A DNA stretch of 63,583 bases, the filler included, from Octopus bimaculoides (taxonomy: Eukaryota): NCBI RefSeq assembly GCF_001194135.2. It is 6 parts of 5 records of this genome, joined end to end, with 100 filler letters (N's around TTAATTAATTAA, not from the genome) between each part and the next. Parts side by side here need not be neighbours in the genome. Positions count along the whole stretch, not along the records: positions 1 to 5,669 come from NC_068996.1; positions 5,770 to 24,120 come from NC_068986.1; 4 more parts are not named here. One strand, written 5' to 3'. The notes under the pieces were generated by a model, which had not been told where the DNA came from, did not search any database, and saw only the letters and a program-made list of their open reading frames with translations. Below, piece after piece: positions 1 to 9,754 of the stretch. A program made the translations under genes and the position numbers. The stretch's first letter is position 1. Each line of letters opens with the position of its first letter.

Positions 1-210
1 TATGACCCTCTCTGTAACTTTCATAACCTGATCTAACAGCTTGATGCCTCTGTAATTATTTGTATCTAAAGCGTCCCCTTTACCTTTGTAGCAGTTGACT
101 ATGATGCTGCTACACCAGTCATTGGGTATGACTCCTTCGTGTATCACCTGGTTCGTAATATGGGTGACTAGGCTATAGCCAACACTGCCAGATATTTTGA
201 GCATCTCTGC
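1..210 (-). mobile_element. RTE-clade LINE reverse transcriptase fragment (runs off the window start)
   Basis: My translation of the reverse complement of 210..1 is 70 stop-free codons, [70 protein letters not shown]. This matches the N-terminal RT motifs of RTE LINEs (IPxDW, YKGKGD, NYRGIxL). It is absent from the ORF track because it has no start codon. Confidence 0.85.
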
Positions 211-341
211 AGTGATTCCTGATGGGACAGTGATTCCTGATGGGACAGTGATTCCTGATGGGACAGTGATTCCTGATGGGACAGTGATTCCTGATGGGAC
301 AGTGATTCCTGATGGGACAGTGATTCCTGATGGGGCAGTGG
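210..341 (-). repeat. 18-bp tandem repeat, 7 copies plus a partial copy, derived from LINE RT coding sequence
   Basis: Unit cagtgattcctgatggga starts at 210, 228, 246, 264, 282, 300 and 318. On the minus strand it reads PSGITV in frame with the RT fragment. Confidence 0.95.
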
Positions 342-860
<519 letters not shown>

Positions 861-869
861 AGTAAATCC

Positions 870-1130
870 AAAACAAGAAGAACAAATGCAAAAAGAAACA
901 CAATGCGAGGACATGGTATATATAAAGTATTAGCAGAGGCTCAGGGAAAGAAAGAAAGGCGGTTTAACATTTTGAGCAATGCTCTTCTGCAGAAACAGAG
1001 GAAATCCAATAGAAAAGGAAGATGGAGGAAAAAGAATCACCAACAATTCACATGTGGCTACATTTTGGAATGACCGGAAGAGAATGGGTGAAAAAATAGT
1101 TCTTTCTAAGACAGGAGAGTGTAAGAGAAG
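870..1130 (+). mobile_element. Possible decayed CR1/L2 LINE 3' end
   Basis: The frames give [10 protein letters not shown] and VATFWND...KIVLSKT, resembling the TRGH...WN.LP..VV C-terminal signature of CR1/L2 ORF2. Heavily degraded. Confidence 0.3.
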
Positions 1131-1134
1131 GAGG

Positions 1135-2745
1135 TATGTGTGTGTATGTGCATGCGTGCAAGTCTGTGTGTGTGTGTAATAGCATGTGTATGTGTGTGTA
1201 TGTGTTGCGTGTATGGTGTTTGTGTGGTGTTGGCTGTTTATATGTGTATATGTGAGTGAACTTTGTAAAAATGCATTTATATATATATATATATGTATGT
1301 ATGTATGTATGTATATATATATATATATATATATGCATTTATATATATGTATGTATGTATGCATGTATGTATGTATGTATGTATGTATGTGTGTGTGTAT
1401 GTGTGTATGTATGTATGTATGTATGCATGTATGCATGTATGTATGTATGTATGTATGTANNNNNNNNNNNNNNNNNNNNNNNNNNNNNNNNNNNNNNNNN
1501 NNNNNNNNNNNNNNNNNNNNNNNNNNNNNNNNNNNNNNNNNNNNNNNNNNNNNNNNNNNNNNNNNNNNNNNNNNNNNNNNNNNNNNNNNNNNNNNNNNNN
1601 NNNNNNNNNNNNNNNNNNNNNNNNNNNNNNNNNNNNNNNNNNNNNNNNNNNNNNNNNNNNNNNNNNNNNNNNNNNNNNNNNNNNNNNNNNNNNNNNNNNN
1701 NNNNNNNNNNNNNNNNNNNNNNNNNNNNNNNNNNNNNNNNNNNNNNNNNNNNNNNNNNNNNNNNNNNNNNNNNNNNNNNNNNNNNNNNNNNNNNNNNNNN
1801 NNNNNNNNNNNNNNNNNNNNNNNNNNNNNNNNNNNNNNNNNNNNNNNNNNNNNNNNNNNNNNNNNNNNNNNNNNNNNNNNNNNNNNNNNNNNNNNNNNNN
1901 NNNNNNNNNNNNNNNNNNNNNNNNNNNNNNNNNNNNNNNNNNNNNNNNNNNNNNNNNNNNNNNNNNNNNNNNNNNNNNNNNNNNNNNNNNNNNNNNNNNN
2001 NNNNNNNNNNNNNNNNNNNNNNNNNNNNNNNNNNNNNNNNNNNNNNNNNNNNNNNNNNNNNNNNNNNNNNNNNNNNNNNNNNNNNNNNNNNNNNNNNNNN
2101 NNNNNNNNNNNNNNNNNNNNNNNNNNNNNNNNNNNNNNNNNNNNNNNNNNNNNNNNNNNNNNNNNNNNNNNNNNNNNNNNNNNNNNNNNNNNNNNNNNNN
2201 NNNNNNNNNNNNNNNNNNNNNNNNNNNNNNNNNNNNNNNNNNNNNNNNNNNNNNNNNNNNNNNNNNNNNNNNNNNNNNNATGTATGTATGTATGTGTGAA
2301 TGTGTGTGTATGCACATGTACGTATGTGTATATGACTTTATGTATGTACATATGGGTGAATGTGTATGTGTCTGTATGTATGTGAGAATGTGTGTATGTA
2401 TGTATATATCTATGTGTGTATGTATGTGTGTGTATTTATGGAAGAATGCATGTGTGTATGTATATGTGAATGTATGTGCATATATGTGTATGCATGTGTG
2501 TATGCATGTGTATGTATTTATGCATGTATGTGTGTATGTATGTGTGTATATGCATATATATATATGTATGTATGTGTGCATAAATGTGTTTGTATGCATG
2601 TATATATATGCATGCACGTATGTGTTTCATGTACTGTATGTACACACTGCATGTATGCACATATGTATGCACATTTATTATATATGAGTGTATATATGCA
2701 TGTGTTTATGTTTGTGTGTATGTACAAATGCCTGTCTATATGTAT
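1135..2745. repeat. (TG)n/(TATG)n microsatellite interrupted by an assembly gap
   Basis: Simple repeats lie on both sides of the N run at about 1460-2279. Confidence 0.9.
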
Positions 2746-2838
2746 AAACAAGGTGTTTGAACTAAATTTGACAATTTCTGTTATGTTTTATTTTTTCAGG
2801 AACCTTTGCATTGGTGAACAGTCAATGGTGTTGGAGAG

Positions 2839-3069
2839 GCGGCGAGCTGGCAGAAACGTTAGCACGCCGAACGAAATGCTTAGCGGTATTTTGTCTGCTA
2901 CTACGTTCTGAGTTCAAATTCCGCCGAGGTCGACTTTGCCTTTCATCCTTTCGGGGTCGATAAATAAAGTACCAATTACGCACTGGGGTCGATATAATCG
3001 ACTTAATCCGTTTGTCTGTTCTTGTTTGTCCCCTCTGTGTGTAGCCCCTTGTGGGCAATAAAGAATATG
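2839..3069 (+). mobile_element. SINE family C (tRNA-like head plus gactttgcctttcatcctttcggggtcgataaa body), full length
   Basis: Perfect 15-bp TSD aatggtgttggagag at 2824-2838 and 3070-3084; B-box-like gagttcaaattcc. The body resembles the Nin-type SINE domain (recalled, not verified). Confidence 0.9.
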
Positions 3070-3281
3070 AATGGTGTTGGAGAGTATTAAGGTTAAGATT
3101 GTGTCTGAGAAAATGTTAGCTGACGCAGAGGACTGGAAGCGTCCGAATATTGGTAAATAATTACTTGTATCACGATTCACATTGGTTAACAAAATGCAGA
3201 CATCTTGACTGTTGCTCAGTGCTCTGTGAATACAGTAAAGGCTGTAAAATGTAACAAAGACATTTTGAAAAACCAACTTTC

Positions 3282-3783
3282 GAGCGAGATCATTGCCAGT
3301 GCCCCTGGACTGGCTTGTGTGGGTGGCACATAAAAGACACCATTCCGAGCGTGGCCGTTGCCAGTATCGCCTGACTGGCCTTCATGCAGGTGACATGTAA
3401 AAGCACCTACTACACTCTCTGAGTGGTTGACGTTAGGAAGGGCATCCAGCTGTAGAAACTCTGCCAAATTTAGATTGGAGCCTGGTGTTGCCATCCGGTT
3501 TCACCAGTCCTCAGTCAAATCGTCCAACNNNNNNNNNNGACACCATTCCGAGCGTGGCCGTTGCCAGTATCGCCTGACTGGCCTTCATGCAGGTGACATG
3601 TAAAAGCACCTACTACACTCTCTGAGTGGTTGACGTTAGGAAGGGCATCCAGCTGTAGAAACTCTGCCAAATTTAGATTGGAGCCTGGTGTTGCCATCCG
3701 GTTTCACCAGTCCTCAGTCAAATCGTCCAACCCATGCTAGCATGGAAAGCGGACGTTAAACGATGATGATGATGATGATGATG
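3282..3783 (+). mobile_element. SINE family E (gttaggaagggcatccagctgtagaa body, (GAT)n tail); partly duplicated by an assembly artefact
   Basis: Same body as 36447-36658 and a (GAT)n 3' tail. About 190 bp is repeated on either side of the short N gap near 3528-3538. Confidence 0.8.
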
Positions 3784-4419
3784 AACTTCTCCCAAATTGT
3801 GATGGCCTTTGGACATGTCTCCAGTGAGGGTGATGTCATGCCACCCGACATCTTCGAAAGGGTCTTAGGCTCAATTTGGACAGCTGCTGGAGGCTGCAGT
3901 CAATCTCTGGCTGGAGAAGGTTGCTGGTGGAAGGCCGTATGCATGGCAGCAAGATTCAGCTCCTTGTCATACGTTCAGAAACAGGTCAAAAGTGATTACC
4001 AGAGAATTTCTATGACTTCACCAGCCTTGATTTCTGGTTTTCCTAATTCTTTCAGTTGTAATCCAATGGATTACTATATGTGAGGCGTGATTGAGAATGA
4101 CACCAACCACTCTACTTGCAACATCAAGGCTGAGCTGGTAGCCAAAATTGAGGAGGTATTCAAAGATCTTCCTGAGAACCCAACGAAGAACACTTGTACC
4201 AGGTCCTGGAGACATCTTGCAGCTCTGGTGGAAGCCAGGGGCAACTAATTTGAATAAACTTTTACCTCCCAGTCATAATCTTGATGACATTTTTGATTTT
4301 TTTTAAATACTTTTATTTTTGGATGGAATAATATGTTTTTTTTTCTGTCTATGTAAACTGTTAAATTTAGCCCAAACACCCTGTATTTAAACATAAATCG
4401 GTGTATGTATACATGTATA

Positions 4420-4575
4420 TACTAGTTGAAATTTATAGAAAAACAAAGACAAAGACAAGTGTATGCACAACAAGCAAGTGTATTATTTGACGCCCAGGGA
4501 AAATGAAAGATTTTTACGTTTTGAGCCTACGCTCTTCATCAGAAAGGAATAAAAGAAAATAAAGAGAAAGAGATT
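4420..4575 (-). mobile_element. Short PLE-associated dispersed element containing a minimal hammerhead-ribozyme-like motif (copy 1)
   Basis: Minus strand 4546..4511 reads ccttt-CTGATGA-a-gagc(gtag)gctc-AAAA-cgt-a-aaaa. Homologous to 49482-49640. Confidence 0.6.
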
Positions 4576-4682
4576 GAAAAAAGCTTGTAGATTTCAGTGG
4601 TCCAACATACATATACTACATGGATAATGTAGGTGTATATAGATGTATGGATAGACATATATGAATGTAGTGCATGCATTAT

Positions 4683-4973
4683 TTTATTCTTTTATTTGTT
4701 TCAGTCATTTGACTGCAGCCATACTGGAGCACTGCCTTTGAGTCAAGCACATCGACCCCAGGACTNNNNNNNNNNGGAGCACTGCCTTTGAGTCAAGCAC
4801 ATCGACCCCAGGACTTATTCTTTGTAAGCCTAGTACTTATTCTATCAGTCTCTTTTGCAAAACTGCTTAGTTACAGAGTCATAAAGACACCAGCATCAGT
4901 TGTCAAGTGATGTTGCAGGGACAAACACAGACACACAACCACATATACACAGACACACACACAGACACACACA

Positions 4974-5016
<43 letters not shown>

Positions 5017-5136
5017 GACGGGCTTCTTTCAGTTTACATCTACCAAAACCACTCACAAGGCTTTGATCGGCCCGAGGCTACAGTAGAAGACACTTGCCCA
5101 AGGTGCCATGCAGTGGGAATGAAACCGGAACCATGT
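4683..5136 (-). mobile_element. SINE family B (caccttgggcaagtgtcttctactatagcc body with internal microsatellite)
   Basis: 5' half and 3' half are separated by an internal (CA)n tract. About 40 bp is duplicated across the short N gap near 4766-4776. Matches copies at 25908, 29810 and 55411. Confidence 0.85.
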
Positions 5137-5713
5137 ATATATTGTATATATGTTTGTATGTATAATATATATGTACATTATGCATGTATGTATTTTGTAT
5201 TCTGGGATGGTCATTTTTATCTTTTTCACTATATATTCATTCTTCACTCGTTTGTTACTGTTCTTATTCTAACTCCTGTCCATCGTCCAGAAATCTGTTA
5301 CCACACATTTGCGACCACTTCAGTGACTCTTTCCATTTCCATGCGTGCTCTTCGCCCACTTACCTCATTCTCATCTATATATTGTTATGTAAGTATGCAT
5401 GCATATACTGTTAGATGTATGTGCCTATGGCAGAGTGGTTAAGGGTTTTTCTTCACAATCACAAGGTTTCATGTTCAATCTCACTGTATGGGCATGTTGG
5501 ACAAGTGTCCCAACCCCTACAATTAAAGACAGTACCTGTTGTTGATAGGTCCAGGTATGTCACACCCAGTGTTGTCTTAAAGCATGGGCAGTTGCTACAT
5601 GAATTTAGGGACCCAATCCTGATCTATATATGCTGTGGCTTACTCTCAATATATATATATATATATATANNNNNNNNNNNNNNNNNNNNNNNNNNNNNNN
5701 NNNNNNNNNNNNN

Positions 5714-5726
5714 TTAATTAATTAAN
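5714..5726. other. Assembler-inserted gap spacer TTAATTAATTAA (also near 24165, 36708, 47925 and 60943)
   Basis: An identical 12-mer with stops in all six frames sits centrally in five N runs of about 100 bp. This is an artefact. Confidence 0.9.
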
Positions 5727-5799
5727 NNNNNNNNNNNNNNNNNNNNNNNNNNNNNNNNNNNNNNNNNNNTATATATTTATGTCTGTGCTTGTGTTTGTG

Positions 5800-6018
5800 T
5801 GTCTGTGTTTGTGTGTCTGTGTTTGTCTCCCCAACATCGCTTGACAACCGATGCTGGTGTGTTTATGTCCCTGTAACTTAGCGGTTCGGCAAAAAGAGTC
5901 CGATAGAATAAATACTAGGCTTACAAGGAAAAAGTCCTGGGGTCGATTTGCTCGACTAAAGGCGGTGCTCCAGCATGGCCACAGTCACATGAATGAAACA
6001 AATAAAATAGTAAAAGAG
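5800..6018 (+). mobile_element. SINE family B, 3' half
   Basis: ccccaacatcgcttgacaaccgatgctgg...ggcggtgctccagcatggccacagtc, following a gap. Confidence 0.8.
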
Positions 6019-6386
6019 TATATATACACACACAATGTGAGAGAGATAGGTTGCTAGATACATTGACACATACATACACACAAATACATATATATACACA
6101 CATATANNNNNNNNNNNNNNNNNNNNNNNNNNNNNNNNNNNNNNNNNNNNNNNNNNNNNNNNNNNNNNNNNNNNNNNNNNNNNNNNNNNNNNNNNNNNNN
6201 NNNNNNNNNNNNNNNNNNNNNNNNNNNNNNNNNNNNNNNNNNNNNNNNNNNNNNNNNNNNNNNNNNNNNNNNNNNNNNNNNNNNNNNNNNNNNNNNNNNN
6301 NNNNNNNNNNNNNNNNNNNNNNNNNNNNNNNNNNNNNNNNNNNNNNNNNNNNNNNNNNNNNNNNNNNNNNNNNNNNNNNNNNNNNN

Positions 6387-6684
6387 AGGCTGAGCATTCG
6401 ATAGACACGTGTACCCTTAACGTAGTTCTCGGGGATATTCAGCGTGACACAGTGTGACAAGTCTGACCCTTTGAATTACAGGCACAACAGAAACAGGAAG
6501 AAAGTGTGAGAGAAAGTTGTGGTGAAAGAGTACAGCAGGGTTCGCTACCATCCCCTGCCAGAGCCTCGTGGAGCTTTTAGGTGTTTTCGCTCAATAAACA
6601 CACACAACGCCCGGTCTGGGAATCGAAACCATGATCCTATGACCGCGAGTCCGCTGCCCTAACCACTGGGCCATTGTGCCTCCA
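6387..6684 (-). mobile_element. SINE family A (tRNA-derived head ggaggcgcaatggcccagtggttagggcagcggactcgcgg), 3' end lost in a gap
   Basis: Reverse complement matches 37893-38287; A-box- and B-box-like motifs are present. Confidence 0.9.
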
Positions 6685-7116
6685 TTGTATGTAAGTATGT
6701 ATGCATTTATTCGTGGAGATTTCAATGTTTTGTTGTATGCATGTATTCTCATGCATATAGGTGCATATCTAGACATGTTTATATATACTGAAAGTTTCTG
6801 GAAGGATTTACACATTTTCCACTGATGTTTCAGTGACGGTTTGCATCTGTAGTCTTCGAATGAGTTTTCACCCTTTTGGTTTTGAGAGGACTAATGCTTC
6901 AAAATTGGTATTTAGGCAGCGTGTTATATATCTCAGTGGCCCAGTAATTACAGGTATGCGGGTACGTGCGTATATAGATGTATGTGCTTGCATGCGAAAA
7001 TATGCGCATATAGACGTGTTTTAACCTTATAGCTTTTTTACACTTTCTTCTGTATGTTGCTTTTAGCCCTGTGATTTTTATCATGGCTACCGAAGAAGTA
7101 TCACAGATTTTTACAG

Positions 7117-7184
<68 letters not shown>

Positions 7185-7272
7185 AATATGCACAGAAGAC
7201 ATAAATATATATATATACATACACATATACACACACACACACACACACATATATGTATGTATATATTTATAT

Positions 7273-7655
7273 GTAGTGGCGCAGTAGCCCAGTGGTTAAG
7301 GCAGTGGACTCGCAGTCGTAGGATAGCGGTTTCGATTCCCAGACCGGGCGTTGTGAGTGTTTATTGAGCGAAAACACCTAAAAGCTCCACGATGCTCCGG
7401 CGGGTGTGCTGCCGAGCCCTGCTGTACTCTTTCGCCATAACTTTATCTCATTCTTTCTTGTTGTTTCTGTTGTACCTGTATTTCAAAGAGGCTTGCCTTG
7501 TCACACTGTGTCACGCTGAATCTCCCCGAGAACTACATTTAGAGTACACGTGTCCATAGAGTGCTCAGCCACTTTCACGTTAATTTCACGAGCAGCCTTT
7601 TCTATTGATCGAATCAACTGGAACCCTCGTCGTCGTTACCGACTGAATGCTGCAC
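7273..7655 (+). mobile_element. SINE family A, full length
   Basis: Colinear with the other family A copies over about 380 bp. Confidence 0.9.
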
Positions 7656-7714
7656 GCGATCTATCTAGCTATCTATCTATACACACACATACACACGCAC
7701 GCACACACACACAC

Positions 7715-7758
<44 letters not shown>

Positions 7759-7770
7759 CATGAAAATTGT

Positions 7771-8990
7771 ATTGTAAATAAACAAACGACAGTTAAAAGA
7801 CGTACAACGTAAACTGAGTGTAGAACCGGAAGGGAGACAGACAGAGAAAATTATCAGTTATCAACCAGATGGTATTACTTAGTTTTGCATCATTAATGAT
7901 AAGACTGAGAATCTCCCATGCTGGCGGTGCCCGCGAAAGTCGCGCAGAATATAGGGCCGAGAGTAAACAAAAACATGCAGAGTGGACTAACGAAAGTGAA
8001 TAAAATTGATTTAAGATAATAGACAAAGATGAAATAAATAAGAAACGAACAAAATATAGCCTCAGGGTCAAAACACAAGAATGATCTGTAACGCTTAGAA
8101 GCCATCCTAAAAGATATAAAAAACAGGAAACAGCAAGACAGTGAGACACAGAGACCTTACGACTGTTCAGTTATCGAACCGGTGTAAACAAGGGAGAGAA
8201 AGAAAAGAAAGATGGCCACGGATAACGTCTCAGCAGCGTGGTTGGCACTTCATCGCTTACGACGACGTGGGTTCCAGTTGATCCGATCAACGGAACAGCC
8301 TGCTCGTGAAATTAACGTGCAAATGCTGAGCACTCCACAGACACGTGTACCCTTAACGTAGTTCTCGGGGATATTCAGTGTGACACAGTGTGACAAGGCT
8401 GACCCTTTGAAATACAGGCACAACAGAAACAGGAAGTAAGAGTGAGAGAAAGTTGTGGTGAAAGAGTACAGCAGGGTTCACCACCATCCCCTGCCGAAGC
8501 CTCGTGGAGCTTTAGGTGCTTTTGCTCAATAAACACTCACAATGCCCGGTCTGGGAATCGAAACCACGATCCTATTATCGCGAGTCCGCCGCCCTAGCCA
8601 CTGGGCCATTGCGCTTCCACGTCTTAGCAGCAAGTAGAGGAGAAATAGAGCAAGAGAGAGGGACTGAGAGAGCAATTGAGAGAAAACAACGGTAGGGATG
8701 AAGTGGGAAAGGAGAAAATTTAGAAATCCAAGTTAGAGGGCTGGAGAGAAATAAAACAAAAAGTGGAAAGCCTAGAAACAGTAGTAAGATGGTGAGGGGG
8801 AAAATAGATTGAAGACAAGAAAGAAAGTTGCATGGATATATAAATAACTTACCGTTGCAAGAAGCCAGGTCATGTTGCGTTCTGTTACTTAATAAATGAA
8901 AAAAAATAATTGTAAATAAACAAACGACAGGTAAAAAACGTATAACGTATACCTAGTGTGCAAGTCAACGGGAGACAGGATACAGAAGGT
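7771..8990 (+). mobile_element. Candidate decayed LTR-type element: imperfect direct repeats around a gag-like remnant
   Basis: attgtaaataaacaaacgacag is identical at 7771-7792 and 8909-8930, with similarity continuing for about 60 bp. A zinc-knuckle remnant YRCKKPGHVAFC lies at 8850-8885. Confidence 0.35.
8238..8618 (-). mobile_element. SINE family A, full length
   Basis: 13-bp TSD acgtct(c/t)agcagc at 8225-8237 and 8619-8631. Confidence 0.9.
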
Positions 8991-9002
8991 CCTAAATTCA
9001 TA

Positions 9003-9042
<40 letters not shown>

Positions 9043-9084
9043 CATATATACATATATACATATATACATATATATGTATATATG

Positions 9085-9690
9085 TGTGGTATCAGTGGAC
9101 AGGTGTCCAGAAGTCTACGATTACAAGATCACTGGGGGATTCACTAATTTTCCAGTTTATGCTTGAAAATGATTTGCTCTACATTCAGGAAGCAACCATA
9201 GCTAACGTTGGCTGTATTTATATTAAAGAACTTTAGTACTTATGTGAGTGAAGTGAGGGAAGTAAGTGGTTGTCGATGAATTTCAGGAATTTTCTAGCTA
9301 TGTTCGTGGCAAAATTTATACTATACGAGGTATTGTACCATGAAATCTCCGTCTTCATTTCTATGTACATTTGGTTCTATTTAAGTTATAATAGTCTTCA
9401 AGTTGGCCCTTTCTAAAACGGTGTCATAGTATGGGGCAGCCTTTTGAAAATAGATTTACCAGTGTATAGATTAGAGACACGCCTATAAATGCTATTAACT
9501 AATTTTTGATAATTGATGGTGAGTGGTTAGAGCCTATATGAATATAGGAAATATCCGCATATGGTTTCTGGTACGACTTAAATTTGCCTATACTTAGACT
9601 CATATCAATGTATAGGAAACTGAATTCTTGAAGTTTATTACTAACAGTAGTTCACAGATCGTAATGAAAGGAAAAACTGCGATAGCAACA
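9085..9690 (-). mobile_element. Penelope-like element fragment (RT thumb and linker), frameshifted
   Basis: Minus-strand pieces QEFSFLYIDMSLSIGKFKSYQKPYADISYIHIGSNHSPSIIKN, KAAPYYDTVLER, EISWYNTSYSINFATNIARKFLKFIDNH, KFFNINTANVSYGC and CNRRLLDTCPL match PLE motifs (FLD..YRKP, SNHPP, IWYNPPYS..TNIG, CNCR..CPL). Confidence 0.8.
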
Positions 9691-9712
9691 CCTCTATTCT
9701 TGAACAGACTAC

Positions 9713-9754
<42 letters not shown>

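Larger units (their letters stand above)
2749..4383 (+). mobile_element. Internally deleted Tc1/mariner element of maT (DD37D)-like type, with both TIRs and two nested SINEs
   Basis: Left TIR caaggtgtttgaactaaatttgacaattt (from 2749) matches the reverse complement of the right TIR aaactgttaaatttagcccaaacaccctg (to 4383), which is followed by TA. N-terminal remnant: MLADAEDWKR...QNADILTVAQCSVNTVKAVK (about 3112-3250). Catalytic remnant: QIVMAFGHVSSEGDVMPP, WQQDSAPCHT (Asp codon 3953), CNPMDYY (Asp codon 4069). The 116 nt between the Asp codons is close to the 114 nt expected for D37D. Frameshifted. Confidence 0.85.

Noticed and set aside
210-341. CRISPR-like array
   Set aside because: Head-to-tail 18-bp units with no spacers, in a eukaryotic context, derived from LINE coding sequence.
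2800-3152. Apparent host exon disrupted by a SINE
   Set aside because: The segment lies between the transposon's left TIR and its transposase N-terminus, so it is transposon sequence. It is kept only as a cryptic-splice hypothesis.
3339-3730. Tandem duplication of about 190 bp in SINE E (also about 40 bp at 4726-4815)
   Set aside because: The copies are identical and sit on either side of ~10-N gaps, as expected for unmerged contig overlaps.
5714-5726. TTAATTAATTAA islands in N runs as a biological motif or CRISPR-like repeat
   Set aside because: The same 12-mer is centred in five fixed-size gaps. It is a six-frame-stop spacer added by the assembly pipeline.
7273-7345. tRNA genes at SINE heads
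   Set aside because: A/B-box-like motifs are present, but they continue into SINE bodies with TSDs, and I could not form a complete cloverleaf.
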